64,000 nucleotides of DNA from Defluviitaleaceae bacterium (GTDB taxonomy: Bacteria; Bacillota; Clostridia; Lachnospirales; WQUN01). How positions within the stretch are numbered: the first letter of the stretch is position 1; each line of letters starts with the position of its first letter. The stretch spans positions 4,845-68,844 of the forward strand of contig WQVF01000005.1 in the NCBI GenBank assembly GCA_009781725.1, in the 5' to 3' direction. Under the pieces are notes generated by a model that worked only from the letters and a program-made list of their open reading frames with translations, did no database searches and had not been told where the DNA came from. Made by a program: the position numbers and the translations under genes. Shown here in pieces: positions 40,401 to 48,200 of this stretch.

Positions 40401-42436
40401 TTAATCGGAGGAATAACGCCTCCTAGATTCGAGGTATTATTAATAAAGTTTGCAGCCAATGCGATATTTAGTTGTGGAAAGTGGACCGCCGGTGCTGCTA
40501 CAGTGGGTAATGCAGAGCCACTGGTAAAGGTTGATGCAAATATACCGCCGCCTTTTGATACCGCGTGGTTATCATTGATAGTTCCTCCATTAAAATTAAA
40601 ACGAGAGTTTGCGCCAGCGGCAAGAAACACACCACCGCCACCTGCCGTAATAGCTGTGCCGTTTGCGGTATTATGGGAGATGCTACCGCCATTCATTGTA
40701 ACAATTGCACCATTGGCACCTATATTGATACCACCACCGCTGGTAGCTGCAATATTATTATGAATACTTGCATTATCCGAGATAGTAAGCTGAGGATTCC
40801 CTCCTGATGCTGCCGCAGTTATAGAAACCCCGGCCCCCAAAGGAGCCTGGTTATGAGAAATGGTAGCGTTGTCCAATATTGTAGACTGGCGTGCACCCGT
40901 TATCACAATACCGCCACCGCTCGCAGTTGCCGAGTTGTTGGTTATACTTGCGTTACCCCTCATGGTAAAGTTACCACCAGCACCAGCGAGTGATACTGCA
41001 CCACCACTTGCAAGTCGGCTATTCCTTATTATACTGCCTGACAACAAGTTTAAATGGGTATTATTAGCAACAGTAATCCCACCGCGAAGATAGGTTGTCG
41101 TGGGGGGATGTACATTGCCATCCAATACAATATGGCTCAAGGATAATATATTCCCTGTGGTTGATTGGGTGAAATGCCGGGTATTGCCGGTATGTGTAAT
41201 CACAAAAGGTGTACCTGTGAGGCTGTGATTATATAAGTGGAAGTTAAGGTCTGTGCCATAAGAGGTAACAATAATGTGGCGATTTCCTGAAAAGGTAAAA
41301 TTAGCTGCCATATCGATGTCATGGGGTACAGTGATAACGATATTGCCACCGATATTATTGGCGTTAATCCAACCTTGGTTGCCTAAGGATGCATCAAGGG
41401 GTACGATGGTGAATGTGGCAGGGGGATCATCGGCAAATGGCATAAATCCCCCTCTGTCCAAAGACCCGCCTGCATGTAGATAAATTGTTTCGTGGTTAAA
41501 TTCATAAGGGTTAAAGTTATCCAATAAAGTATGTCTGATTGTAACCCTGGTAGAGAGTTCGATTTCAGGCACCAGATGCGCAAGATCCTCTTGCTCTCTA
41601 AGTCGCTCTAACGCTTCAAGCTCATATTCGTCAAATTCCTGGCTTATGTGCTCTATTGTATAACTCCAGCCTTCCGGCAAGACAACACCAATCAGGTCAA
41701 AATCTACTACCTGTGGGAAACAGACAAAAATATAATGCCCATATATAGTGACCATGTGCATTTCATTACGGTCAAGGCTAATATTGGCATGGGCGTCACT
41801 GATAATTGTCAAGCGGTCAAAAGAAGCAGTGCCGATATAGCTGTCATTATAATCGTAATCAACGGCGTATGGAGCTTCGCCTATATAACTGTCATAATAA
41901 TCATACTCATCATTATCATAGTCAGCTTCGTTGTGATAATTATATATTTCATCGTCAATTTCCTCAGTCCGCTCACGACCGCCTCGATTCCATATGAATA
42001 TGACGGTGATGGCATCATCATCGCTGAAATAATCCTCGTAGGAAGAGTTGTTGTCATATTCGTAACCATATTCATACTCGTAATCGTAACCAGTTTCATA
42101 AGCCCGCCAAATCGCATAAAAAACCGCATCTTCGTATAATCGTTGCCCCAAATCAATAGGAGCACCGTCAGGTGTTGTGGACCAATGCGAGAATATGTAG
42201 TCAGCGAGTTGGGGTTCTATGGGTAGGGAGTTCTCTAGGGGCTGCCCCTTTGCTATGGTTATAGATACATAGGTATCATCGTCGTAATAGTGATTGCCTT
42301 CACTGTCGTTGGTTGTGAATGCGAAAACAGCGGCGGCGGCTATCACAAGAGTAAAGACAAAGGCTATAACGTATTTTGCGCGGTTGCGTACCGCTTTCCT
42401 AAATTTTTCTTTCTTCATATTCTTATATTGAATCAT
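28490..42436 (-). CDS. Giant LPXTG-anchored surface protein (4648 aa) built mainly of right-handed beta-helix / Pmp-like GGG[VI] repeats
   Basis: Uninterrupted 13,947-nt ORF with an AGGAGG RBS. From N to C: a hydrophobic segment (aa 22-40); a Listeria-Bacteroides (Flg_new) repeat; a Tyr/Asp/Glu-rich tract; seven supermodules of GGG[VI]-containing ~22-25-aa turns; two prealbumin/SpaA-like domains (GAVFEL..., GAIFRLY...); then LPMTGG, a TM segment and KKKWRK. Confidence 0.9.
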   Translation of the reverse strand: MIQYKNMKKEKFRKAVRNRAKYVIAFVFTLVIAAAAVFAFTTNDSEGNHYYDDDTYVSITIAKGQPLENSLPIEPQLADYIFSHWSTTPDGAPIDLGQRLYEDAVFYAIWRAYETGYDYEYEYGYEYDNNSSYEDYFSDDDAITVIFIWNRGGRERTEEIDDEIYNYHNEADYDNDEYDYYDSYIGEAPYAVDYDYNDSYIGTASFDRLTIISDAHANISLDRNEMHMVTIYGHYIFVCFPQVVDFDLIGVVLPEGWSYTIEHISQEFDEYELEALERLREQEDLAHLVPEIELSTRVTIRHTLLDNFNPYEFNHETIYLHAGGSLDRGGFMPFADDPPATFTIVPLDASLGNQGWINANNIGGNIVITVPHDIDMAANFTFSGNRHIIVTSYGTDLNFHLYNHSLTGTPFVITHTGNTRHFTQSTTGNILSLSHIVLDGNVHPPTTTYLRGGITVANNTHLNLLSGSIIRNSRLASGGAVSLAGAGGNFTMRGNASITNNSATASGGGIVITGARQSTILDNATISHNQAPLGAGVSITAAASGGNPQLTISDNASIHNNIAATSGGGINIGANGAIVTMNGGSISHNTANGTAITAGGGGVFLAAGANSRFNFNGGTINDNHAVSKGGGIFASTFTSGSALPTVAAPAVHFPQLNIALAANFINNTSNLGGVIPPINATTYTNISVTNQISDGRSHPLNNLDINFVPGDWVRLNNLIGTATQPTPDRIIIHPTGALGVTPGLDGTDYHLVITDPGNGSTITTLAFANGAADSNAHMITVPAGRNVTIEAALGANITIRMPAPGAPNTPNQFPWITTLPTLVRHFNVANGGNLTIGGGPGTGNLVLNGNANEVAATIIRGGVSVAAGGALTLAAGGHIHNNRAATGGGVQVTGSAANAANLAMTGGSIMDNVTTGTGAANSGGGVALNATNSHFTMSGGRIAGNTASSTNASGGGGGIALTAAGARFIMTGGFISDNTALHGGGVLLHPHPVNLPHSISGGYIYDNHANGSGGGINVMGATTLNMSGGTIGSAVPGDNNHANVNGGGVAFSAANSRFNMTSGTIIGNTATIGGGVLLNASPADNPHIISGGNIIGNTASTNGGGVALNANNSRLTMESGNISGNFANGTAAANGGGGVFLVAGAGSNFTFEGGAIHDNAAVMNGGGIFTTPSSSLVILPAGSYPQLNIYPAASFMGNIAGGGSFAPPYNAVDATNIAITASRSGGHPHALNNLDINFSRVVSDWALINSLINSSTIENIVIHPTGALGITHGISGTTFNLVISDLGDGNTITTVPVVGTVHGINVLRTVTIQAAPGANIILAMTATTPVNLGRHFVVGVNGNLTIGGAGSGNLRLDGGTAPPTSGTDIRGGISVAATAAGPSTLTLAQGGHITNSRAATGGGVIVTAVAAQPGTFHMTGGSITHNTTVGTAAANSGGGVALHSVNSNFVMSGGVISDNIATGTAAATSGGGGVALTSTVTAANPARFTMTGGRIVNNTGHNGGGIMLHPNPALYPHIISGGYIYDNHANNNGGGISVMGATTLNMFGGTIGSATIGLNNHANQNGGGVSVTANGILNISGTGSIIGNTATVSGGGVAFLGAGFFNMNNTAIISGNIALGTATTAGGGGVAFTAASGRFVMEGGTISGNTGNIGGGVLLHSNAAGVNHLMTAGNITGNTANTSGGGVALNVDNTRLAMENGNISGNFANGTAAANGGGGVFLAVGAGSNFTFENGTIHNNTAVMNGGGIFTSTFTHSPILPVGAYPQLNVYPAASFSGNTAGGGNFAPPYNAVDATNIAVTMSRSGGHPHALNNLDINFSRVASDWLLINSIISTSTIDTIVIHPTGALGVTHGISGTTFNLVISDPCPYGDGRVITTVPVTGTTTAHNINIPANRTVAIEAAPGSNIIIRMPTAGASNTPNIPPWATTQTTLVRHFTVLANGHLTIGGGPGSGNLTLDGNASLVGGTIIRGGISVAATAAGPASLTLREGGIIHNNRAATGGGVQVNAVAAHPGTFTMTGGSITNNFTTGTAVANSGGGVALHSTNTHFTMSGGIIENNHATASSGTLPGGGGVALTSSATNSRFTMTGGRIRNNFAAGHGGGVLLHPNHVDYPHIFSGGYIYDNHANNNGGGVAVAGVTTLNMSGGTIGSLVTGDNNHSNTNGGGIAITAGGTLNLSGGNIIGNTANTSGGGVAFTSNGQLNMSESSVISGNFANGTATTAGGGGVAFTAAGGRFNMTNGTISGNTGNIGGGVLLNVHLANNPHNFSGGSITGNTANTSGGGVMLAGANALLNMSGATTSISGNFANGTAATAGGAGVAINNTGLFTMESGSIAGNIAASSGGGVALITNGARFTMENGSISGNTANGTLATVGGGGVFLIAGANSNFTMENGSIHNNHAVSHGGGIHTRTYAFGLYIAPGSFPQLNIHEDASFNGNTSGQGGFNPPGNAHLSTNVAITASSSGTHWHPINNLDINFPAGGLIIADWTILNAVVNSTTVDTVIIHPTGTTGVNEGIDGSVYNLIISDPCPYGEGRVITTIPLTATVTAHNINVPANRTVTIQAAPGADIIVRMPTASATNTPDIPPWATIQTALARHFTVAAGGHLTVGGGLGSGLLTLDGNANLVATNINRGGISVTAAAAGPASLTLNEGGRIFNNRAATGGGVQIAGNATHPATFTMHGGSITNNFTNGTGVANSGGGVALSATNSHFNLNEGSITGNTSTSTNVDGGGGGVAFTNGATNSRLNMTGGIVSSNTANNGGGVLLHGSTVVGFPHTISGGYIYDNTATTRGGGIAILGASTILSMTGGRIGSLAPDQGNKSNSTVVGNGGGGIFINTGIGNQFNMSGGHIVGNHSNTHGGGIFTSMFTLANPLPMGAYPQLTIEGAANFYGNTANSGSFTPPFNAVAATQIEETNQVSGGYAHPLNNLDINFQSIEADWFRLSSVMNGTTATTIVIFPTHAPSLSPGLQGTTYNFNITDPGDGYTITTVPLDGMVVNHNINVLRSVNVQAAPNTEIVLRMPVSGAPNTPNEAPWLTTTATLNRHFIVLEGHTLTIGGGSGTGSLILDGNADLTTGNRGGVGVNAGGTLVLQNRGAITNGRMANGGGVSVLGAAGLAGTVTMSGGRITDNYAATSGGGVALTAANAHLNMSGGYISHNNAGTGGGVAITVNGGQFNMNGGTINNNIVTGAGGGVHLVVGGDINFNFTGGMIRDNHAAADGGGVFTAAFTYGSPLPTGAHFPQLNIQPPAAFNNNSAGNGGFAPPPNAAAVTQISGAVPASGGFSHPLNNLDINFLPNDWNRLNVLIDTSNLPNPGRIIIHPTGVPGVDSGLAPDGITYNFIITDPGNGSTITTVPIVNVGVSATDPHRINVLRPVIIEAAPGANIVLDMTAAATPVGGANIGRHFHVGNGGNLILGGGPTSGTLTLNGNAGTREGNRGGVTVNNAGGNLELSQGGVIQGGRAISGGGVELSINGATFTLDGGTISGNFATGTAATQGGGGVFIAGAANTLSHFTFESGSIINNHSAGNGGGIFASMHTYQNPLPDAGVPHFPQLTVSGNAVFSGNTANGAAVPPPNAASHTHVEYTPSSGGFSHALNNLDINFFFLSADWARLDRLISTTTIPNIIIHPSWSGVTPGLDILGTTYNFVITDPHPDPFYAGRTITTIHLQGGTTASNINITNRMVSIMAADDEHIVIRMPLPGAPNTPALVPWITTASASTRHFTVIANGNLSLGGIGTGTLTLDGNGDAVAVTRGGISVSGAGPVLNLLSGTIIRNNRRVGTGGATGTGGGVSLEGTSIVNMYDGVLITENFATNGGGGIGFSSMGLTPILNMHGGTISNNHASWGGGIWLMAGVVNMYGGVITGNYAGIIGTQSPFESNTHGGGGAIRVCCGGRLFMHDGTISYNTGRHGGGVHLSHSQTIGGVEHSAVFVMRGGNLIGNHASLDHIDPAVHHPAFPNNKDGGGVFITESGIFTMANPVFGNLPNEIHISHNIADRHGGGVFYEVGIWETDERNQPVVFEGNEAKEDGGGIFLSYKELEMFGEWRIDGNSATRGGGVFIHGDATPWGNTGTWHHLRGPGHLTMHGGRFYQNHSHTSGGGVYIYRDGAFFMHDGYIQENTSEIFGGGVYVFNPGTYYTARFHAYGGTLLGNRAIYGGAVYLMYRAHLFADDVLFYDNHAERMGGAIFTELVDYGYLLSGEDVPHDILFPTPPDPNEVFNAFDNIVTTELVRFDENTAIAPFHKPYNAYLLTNIKWALWDTNPYEHLSLHLHPLNNYDINYVRPVYFYKTDMEVYSFPATINNRGGAVFELDMEVWCDNANDYIWELYTTATSQANGRIALFVFHTGNFRLREVAPPPGPWYRLPPGHWYLEMALEAFEGAPGVWDDLLYIVNPPPATCPLNTEFFFVQLDRETYGTPNCEGSQAERLRWHVGNAPPRAALHLHKTGQDLFEMASPTQLAQIEDILVEGAIFRLYRYTGVGTPTDTLVPAPGWVRVGLDHTSSGDPDYPIVINLSFRADGQDHTYYQLVEIVPPPNYSAPLGQWRIRMDIIDHVIELTTISWELQGDRSTPHFIRLTGETGYVFAVGNRVDFNLPMTGGLGQHGGIIALASVGVAMIAAGGLVAYMVIVKKKWRKPSMLLVRKGLDE
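28637..28654 (-). other. LPXTG sortase recognition motif (LPMTGG) of the 4648-aa protein
   Basis: The reverse complement, ttgccaatgaccggaggc, encodes LPMTGG. It is followed by a hydrophobic stretch and a KKKWRK tail. Confidence 0.85.
29591..40336 (-). repeat. Seven intragenic supermodules (about 0.9-2.0 kb each) delimited by eight copies of the NN[LY]DIN[FY] junction motif
   Basis: Motif codons are at 40316-40336, 38723-38743, 36980-37000, 35000-35020, 33632-33652, 32549-32569, 31621-31641 and 29591-29611. Confidence 0.85.
41834..42106 (-). other. Tyr/Asp/Glu-rich low-complexity tract of the 4648-aa protein
   Basis: aa 111-141 read RAYETGYDYEYEYGYEYDNNSSYEDYFSDDD. aa 160-201 read IDDEIYNYHNEADYDNDEYDYYDSYIGEAPYAVDYDYNDSYI. 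Confidence 0.85.
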
Positions 42437-42517
42437 AATGTCACGCCTCCTAACAAAAAAAGAATTTCTACCGCAAGAAAAGATAAAAATCTATCCTAAT
42501 ATCGTTAATGTGTCATA

Positions 42518-42547
42518 ATTATATTCCATTAATGTGTTATATGTAAA
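42518..42547 (-). promoter_or_regulatory. Sigma-70-type promoter candidate for the 4648-aa gene
   Basis: On the minus strand: TTTACA (42547-42542), 18 nt, TATAAT (42523-42518). Flanked by direct repeats TTAATGTGT(C/T)ATA at 42504-42517 and 42528-42541. Confidence 0.4.
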
Positions 42548-42607
42548 CCAAACAGGAGCTTAAATTTATGTTACATAATGAAAATACTGACATCACTCCT
42601 GCCAACT

Positions 42608-42648
42608 TGCACAAAAAACCCGTATGGCACCATACGGGTTTTTTGTGC
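42608..42648. terminator. Bidirectional rho-independent terminator downstream of the helicase gene
   Basis: Near-perfect palindrome TGCACAAAAAACCCGTATGG-ca-CCATACGGGTTTTTTGTGCA. Confidence 0.8.
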
Positions 42649-42680
42649 AAAGCATATAAACATCACTTGCAAGCCATAAA

Positions 42681-44894
42681 TTACATAATGCCGGCCTTCA
42701 ACCCATCAAAATCCAAGTAATCCTCCACAAATTGTTTGCGCAACAAGTCCAGGGGGATAAATTCATTGTACTTTCCATTTACCTGTACTTTTTCCGGTAG
42801 ATGCAGGGAATACATATCGGGGTTGGATTTCATGATATCGGCGACTATATCCTCAAGCTCCTTGGCAGAGCCTTCGAATATTACCTCTATATATAGACAG
42901 GTGGGCCATGGCAGCTTGTTTTTTATTCGCCGCTGCCCCAGCAAATAATGCAAGGTCACTAGCTGACGGGTGCCTACCCATGGGAATAGTGCAAACTTCT
43001 TATCAGAAATAGGGGTTGCCCGATTTGTAAGAATACCGCTGTTGCGGGCGATATAACGTATCTCGGTGAGGCGTTCCCGGCAGCGGTCGCTAAGGTACGG
43101 ATACATTGTATCGTCAAGGAGAACGCTGCGTATTTTTTTCACAAGAATTGTGTGTATATTCGCTTCGAAGTCTACATTCCAGTCTACCAGGGATATTCCA
43201 GGGACTTTTTTTACGAAGATTACCTTAGACTTTTCGTTTACATCCACGGTTTCCCAGGTAAGGCCCGCCAGTGCAAAGCGGGTGCCTATTGGATAGACCT
43301 TGTCCACTGTGCCTATGGTACGATTCTCGTCTTTTACAAGGAGATACTCTGGTGCAAGGAAAACCGTAAGGAATTTATGGCTGTTAACCACTTTCTCCCC
43401 TTCCCTCCCGATTATTAGACCGCCTCGCTCTGTACGCTCCAACTGGTTTATATGAATTAAATGGCTGAGTAGCTGTTTATAGTCCTCCTGAGGGACTTGG
43501 TTAAAGCAGCCCAGGGTCAAAACCGTTTGGGCAAGGGCCGCAGGGGATACCTCGCCGCAGCCCTTAAGATGGCTCATTGTTTGGTGATACAGCAGGTTGT
43601 ATGCATATTTATGAGGAGGGATTGGCTCAAGCCAATGCTCTTTGGTATATGCTTCGATTATGGCCAAAGTGCGGATAAATTCCCAGTTTATAGGCCCCAG
43701 GGTATCAGCCGAGTTGATTTGCAGGCTCTCCACAAAGGTGAAGAGCAATTGGGGCACTTGTCCCCGCCTGCCGCAACGGCCCAGCCGCTGTGCAAAGCTG
43801 GATACATTAAGGGGTGCGCCGACTTGCACCGCCTGATCCAAAGAGCCGATATCAATGCCTAGCTCCAAGGTCACCGTGGCCCCGGTGACTATTTTTTCGT
43901 CTTCAGCTTTCATTTCATCTTCCGTGGTTTCCCGTATCAGTGCCGCGATATTACCGTGATGTACCCTGTAGATATCCGGAGCCTTATTTTTTGCGGCTAT
44001 ATCCCGTAGGTTGGCGATTACAAACTCCGTTTCTTCCCGGCTGTTGGTGAAGATTATTGTCTTCTTGTCCAAAGTCATTTTGAAAAGATATTCGTAGTGC
44101 TCCCGGGTGCCCATGACGCCGGCGTCGGATTTATTAACGATTTGCCCATCGGCGTTGCGCTCTACCAGGTCACGTTCGTCGGCGTAATTTACAAAGCGTT
44201 CTATGTGTAAGCGGATTTTCTTTTTGCCTCCCTCGGTTACAGGAGCGGCGCAGCCTGACCTGCCCATTCGTCCTGTGCCGGTGTTAAGCCATGTTTGGGC
44301 TAATGATAAATCCCCCAGGGTTGCGGAGAGGCCGATACGGCGGGGGATATTCCCAGTGAGTTTTTGCATCCTTTCAAGCACGCATAAGAGCTGCACCCCG
44401 CGAGCATCCCGCATAAAATGATGCACTTCATCTATAATCACATAGCGTAAATCAGAGAACATTTTATGGCTGGCACCCCGCTTGTTTGTGAGTAGGCTTT
44501 CCAGGGACTCCGGGGTGATTTGTAATATGCCCTCAGGGTTTTTCATCAGGTCGTTTTTCTTGACTTGGGAAGCATCCCCATGCCACTTATACACGGGAAT
44601 ATTGGAGTCTAAAAGCAACTGCTCCAGACGTATGAATTGGTCGTTGATTAAGGCCTTGAGGGGGGAGATATACAGTACGCCTACGGATTTTGAGGGATTG
44701 TTATAAAGCTCTGTAAGAACAGGAAGGAAGGCCGCCTCTGTTTTGCCGGAAGCAGTGCCGGAAGATAACAAGAGGTTGTCGGTGGTGTTAAAAATAACCT
44801 CGCAAGCGGCAACCTGGATGCTGCGCAGCTCCTCCCATTTGTTGAGATAAATAAAGTCTTGGATAAATGGTGCCAGTTTAGTGAAAATATCCAT
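42681..44894 (-). CDS. Lhr-like (COG1201-type) DEAD/DEAH-box superfamily 2 helicase
   Basis: 737 aa counted from MDIFTK (44894). Motifs: I SSGTASGKTEAA, Ia ISPLKALINDQ, II IIDEVHH, III IGLSATLG, VI QRLGRCGRRG. About 300 aa of C-terminal extension. The track ORF's extra 36 N-terminal codons run into a family-1 repeat. Confidence 0.8.
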   Translation of the reverse strand: MDIFTKLAPFIQDFIYLNKWEELRSIQVAACEVIFNTTDNLLLSSGTASGKTEAAFLPVLTELYNNPSKSVGVLYISPLKALINDQFIRLEQLLLDSNIPVYKWHGDASQVKKNDLMKNPEGILQITPESLESLLTNKRGASHKMFSDLRYVIIDEVHHFMRDARGVQLLCVLERMQKLTGNIPRRIGLSATLGDLSLAQTWLNTGTGRMGRSGCAAPVTEGGKKKIRLHIERFVNYADERDLVERNADGQIVNKSDAGVMGTREHYEYLFKMTLDKKTIIFTNSREETEFVIANLRDIAAKNKAPDIYRVHHGNIAALIRETTEDEMKAEDEKIVTGATVTLELGIDIGSLDQAVQVGAPLNVSSFAQRLGRCGRRGQVPQLLFTFVESLQINSADTLGPINWEFIRTLAIIEAYTKEHWLEPIPPHKYAYNLLYHQTMSHLKGCGEVSPAALAQTVLTLGCFNQVPQEDYKQLLSHLIHINQLERTERGGLIIGREGEKVVNSHKFLTVFLAPEYLLVKDENRTIGTVDKVYPIGTRFALAGLTWETVDVNEKSKVIFVKKVPGISLVDWNVDFEANIHTILVKKIRSVLLDDTMYPYLSDRCRERLTEIRYIARNSGILTNRATPISDKKFALFPWVGTRQLVTLHYLLGQRRIKNKLPWPTCLYIEVIFEGSAKELEDIVADIMKSNPDMYSLHLPEKVQVNGKYNEFIPLDLLRKQFVEDYLDFDGLKAGIM

Positions 44895-44933
44895 GGTATA
44901 CCGCCTTTCAAATACAAATAAGAAGGGTTGCCA

Positions 44934-45015
44934 CCCCGTCATCCCGCGCTTGACGCGGGATCCCCTGTCCTTTGTCGAAAGACTAATAGGCTCCCGGCTC
45001 AAGGCCGGGATGACG
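44934..45015. repeat. Intergenic palindromic repeat family 1, core copy
   Basis: CCCCGTCATCCCGCGCTTGACGCGGGATCCCC-tgtcctTTGTCGAAAGACTAAtag-GCTCCCGGCTCAAGGCCGGGATGACG. The centre is inverted relative to the copy at 54515-54655. Confidence 0.8.
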
Positions 45016-45030
45016 TGTGGTTTTGTCTTT

Positions 45031-45080
45031 GCTTAATAAAATAAGCCCCTGGACGTGAGTTTATCACGGCTCAGGGGCTT
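45031..45080 (-). terminator. Rho-independent terminator of the 2412-aa gene
   Basis: AAGCCCCTGG pairs with TCAGGGGCTT (45043-45080). On the minus strand it is followed by ATTTTATTAAGC. Confidence 0.55.
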
Positions 45081-45103
45081 TGTTCAAATTACAATGGATT
45101 TTT

Positions 45104-45255
45104 CAAAAGCCCCCTTCCGAGGAAGGGGGAAATGTCGCGAAGCGACGAGGGGGTTGTGTAGGCAGGCCGAGATTGTTGGCTTTTGGTGATTGCGCTACGC
45201 AGGCCAGCAACCCCCGGCCCTTCGGGCCACCCCCTTCTAAAGAAGGGGGCTTTTG
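45104..45255. repeat. Palindromic repeat family 3: ~150-bp element bounded by 26-nt inverted hairpin termini
   Basis: The left end is CAAAAGCCCCCTTCcgagGAAGGGGG (45104-45129) and the right end is CCCCCTTCtaaaGAAGGGGGCTTTTG (45230-45255). Internal hairpins are GTCGCGAAGCGAC and GGCCCTTCGGGCC. Confidence 0.6.
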
Positions 45256-45281
45256 TCCGATACCAAGGTGGACTAACGGAG

Positions 45282-48200
45282 TTAAGCTTTCCTTTTCTTG
45301 ATAACCAACCGCCTGCGCTTACTCTCGGCTATGGCTAAGACAAGACACATCCCGATGAAAACCACTGTCGTTCCGGCTAAGGTAACCTCCCACATTCCGT
45401 ATCCTCCCGTCATGGGCAAATCAATTCCCGGCATATTTGGTACAAAGAAATATCCGTCAACATGCATAAAACCAGGAATGGGGCTGCCTATGGGAGTGAT
45501 TATGAATCCTGTGGGGGCATTGGCATCTACAACTATACGCCATTGTCCGATAGGGGTCATAAAACCTGAGGGCGCAACGGTTTCTACCAAGTGGTAGATT
45601 CCGTCCTCCGTGAGGTCAAAGGTGATTGGGGAATTTAACAGCCCGGTGCTGGGGATTCCGTGGTGCAATCTTACCCAATTGGCAGAGGGTATATATGCAT
45701 GGTTGGGTACCGTGCCGGTGCCAGTAAAGGCGTATAGTGAGAAGTATGCATCAGGCAGTAAAAACGGTGCGATATCGGCAATAACCGTGGGTGTTATGGT
45801 GAGTACGCCTGCTGTGGTTTTGTGGAAGCTGAATTCTTCCGTTGGCATGTAGAAGTTAATGTCGTAGTTGTTTAGTGGGTGGGTGCGTACTATTGGTGGT
45901 GGAGTGGTTTGGCTGGTGCCGGAGAATGTGGTCGCAGGCAAAACAACCAAGGCATTAGACGGAGGCACATGGAGCTGGTTAGCTCTGTTACCGGTAAAGG
46001 CTACTCCGCTTAGAACCAAGTTGCTGTATGCCACATTGACAGGCAGGACACCTATTGCGCCTGGATAGCGGGATATGGGACTTCTGTATTCCAGCCGCTC
46101 TGTATAGATACCGCCGCCCATGTAAGCTGCCCTGTTATACGTTACAGATACGCCGGTTGCGCCTGTTGTGGTCATATTTGAGTTTGTAGCAACCCATACG
46201 CCGCCGCCATAGTCGGCAGAGTTACCGATTATGGACTTAGTGTTGGCACCGGATAGGACAAAGCCCGCGCCGCCGCCCACCCATAAGCCGCCGCCATTAT
46301 TTGCCGCAAGATTTCTATTGGGATTAGGCGCACCGGGTGCAAGCCCGCCTGGGGCTGCTCCGCCGATTGTACCACCTGACATGGTAAAGTTGAGGTTTGC
46401 GGCATTAATAAAGACGCCACCGCCATTACCGGTCATAGCTTGTGCTGTATTACCTGTTGCAGTATTGCTCCTGATGGTGCCGCCGGTCATGGTAGCGTTG
46501 TTGTGGGAAATAGCCACACCGCCGCCATTGGTGTGAGAAGTATTATTGCGAATATATCCGCCGTTCATTATAAATTGGGCATTGGGATTATACACACGCA
46601 AACCGCCGCCGCCTGTACCCACAAACATTTCGTTATTATGAATATGGCCGCCGTGCATATGGAACATGGCAAGAGGGACGCTTCCGGGGGCACTTCCTGT
46701 TATGCCCTGAAGATTTACCCCTGCACCACTGCCATTATTTATATTGCCGTGTATTTCTCCGCCATACATGAAGAACCTGCCGGACAAACGTACGCCAACG
46801 CCGGAGGCACCGCCTTGAGCCGCGCCCTCTGGGAAAATTACATGATAACGGATTTCTCCGCCGCGCATTTCAAACTCGGCTTCATTTTGTACAAGCACGC
46901 CGCCGCCCCACACAGGTTCTGCATTGCGCTCAATTATGCCGTCGTACATATTGAAAGTACTGTCTTCACCTGTTACCAGTACGCCGCCGCCGCCGTGGCT
47001 TGCGGTGGTCTGGTTACCGACTATTGTGGGTATGGTTGGGCTGGCAATCGTGCCGCCCGCCTCCATAATAAAGGTACCACTCTCGGTTACCGCCACGCCG
47101 CCGCCTCGTGTTGCTACATTGGCGTCTGGGCTAGGTGATGGTGTTGGTTGCCCTGGTGCCCCCGTGGGGGGTGGGCCGCCAGTTATACCGCCTATTGTAC
47201 CGCCTGTCATGGTAAATATCGAAGACTCGGCAAAACCAACATGCACACCGCCGCCTTCTATAGCGCGATTGCGGCGGATGGTGCCGCCAGTCATATAGAA
47301 CTCCGAGTTACGGTTTGTCATACCTACTCTTACACCACCACCATGGCGGACAAGGCCGCCGGAGGGATTGTACCAATGGTCTTGGATAAAGCCGCCGTGC
47401 ATATTAAAGTAGCCGTCTTCTACAAATATACCGCCGCCGGTGTAAGCAAAGTTGTTTTCTATTGTGCCGTCGTACATATTCATTGTTGCATTCCATATTT
47501 CAACCGCACCACCGCCGCGGGCGTGGGTTGCGTGGTCGTAATAAGCTGTGTTGCCGACAATACGGGCTGTGCCAGACATGTTGAATATGCCGCCGCTTTG
47601 TAGTTCCAAACCGCCACCTTGGGATGCACGGTTACCGTAATCAGGGTTATCATGACCGATTACACCGCCGCTAAAATTAAACACACTGTATTCCCCGATT
47701 ACCCGCACACCGCCGCCATGGGAAGCTAAAGCGGGAGCCGGTGGAAGGGGTTGAGGGGATGGATGCGCCACATTGTAATAAATTTGCGCATTACCGGACA
47801 TATGGAAGGTAGAGCCCCTACCATGGTCGTCACCGAACTCTCCGCTGGTAAATACAGCAACGCCACCAGCACCGCCATGGAGAGTGGCTGGACTTGTGGC
47901 CCGGTTACCAACTATCCGGCCATGGGTTGGAGCACCTACGGCTGTGGTACCGTTTTCCATTGTGAATACAGAGCCGTTGCCGACCCATACGCCGCCGCCT
48001 TGTTGGGCGGTGTTGGCATGGGCGGGTAAAGTACCGCCTATTGTACCGCCGGTCATGGTGAGTGTAGCATTAGAAAGAGATATGCCACCGCCATTGATAC
48101 CAGCTGTATTTCCTCTTATCGTCCATAGATAGTTAATGTAAAGAACGTGGTTGTCGGGGGGATTAGCAGGGAGGTTTGTCATGGCTATGCCGCCACCGTA

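Noticed and set aside
42681-44894. The helicase as the HamB component of a Hachiman-type defence system, or as MrfA/YprA.
   Set aside because: No HamA/DUF1837-like gene is adjacent. The Ia motif is Lhr-type (SPLKAL.NDQ), not YprA-type (PTKALAQDQ). The C-terminus lacks the four-Cys DUF1998 signature.
44895-45002. A 36-codon N-terminal extension of the helicase ORF (start at 45002).
   Set aside because: The extension is encoded by the family-1 repeat at 44934-45015. MDIFTK at 44894 has an RBS-like AAAGGCGG and begins the conserved helicase N-terminus.
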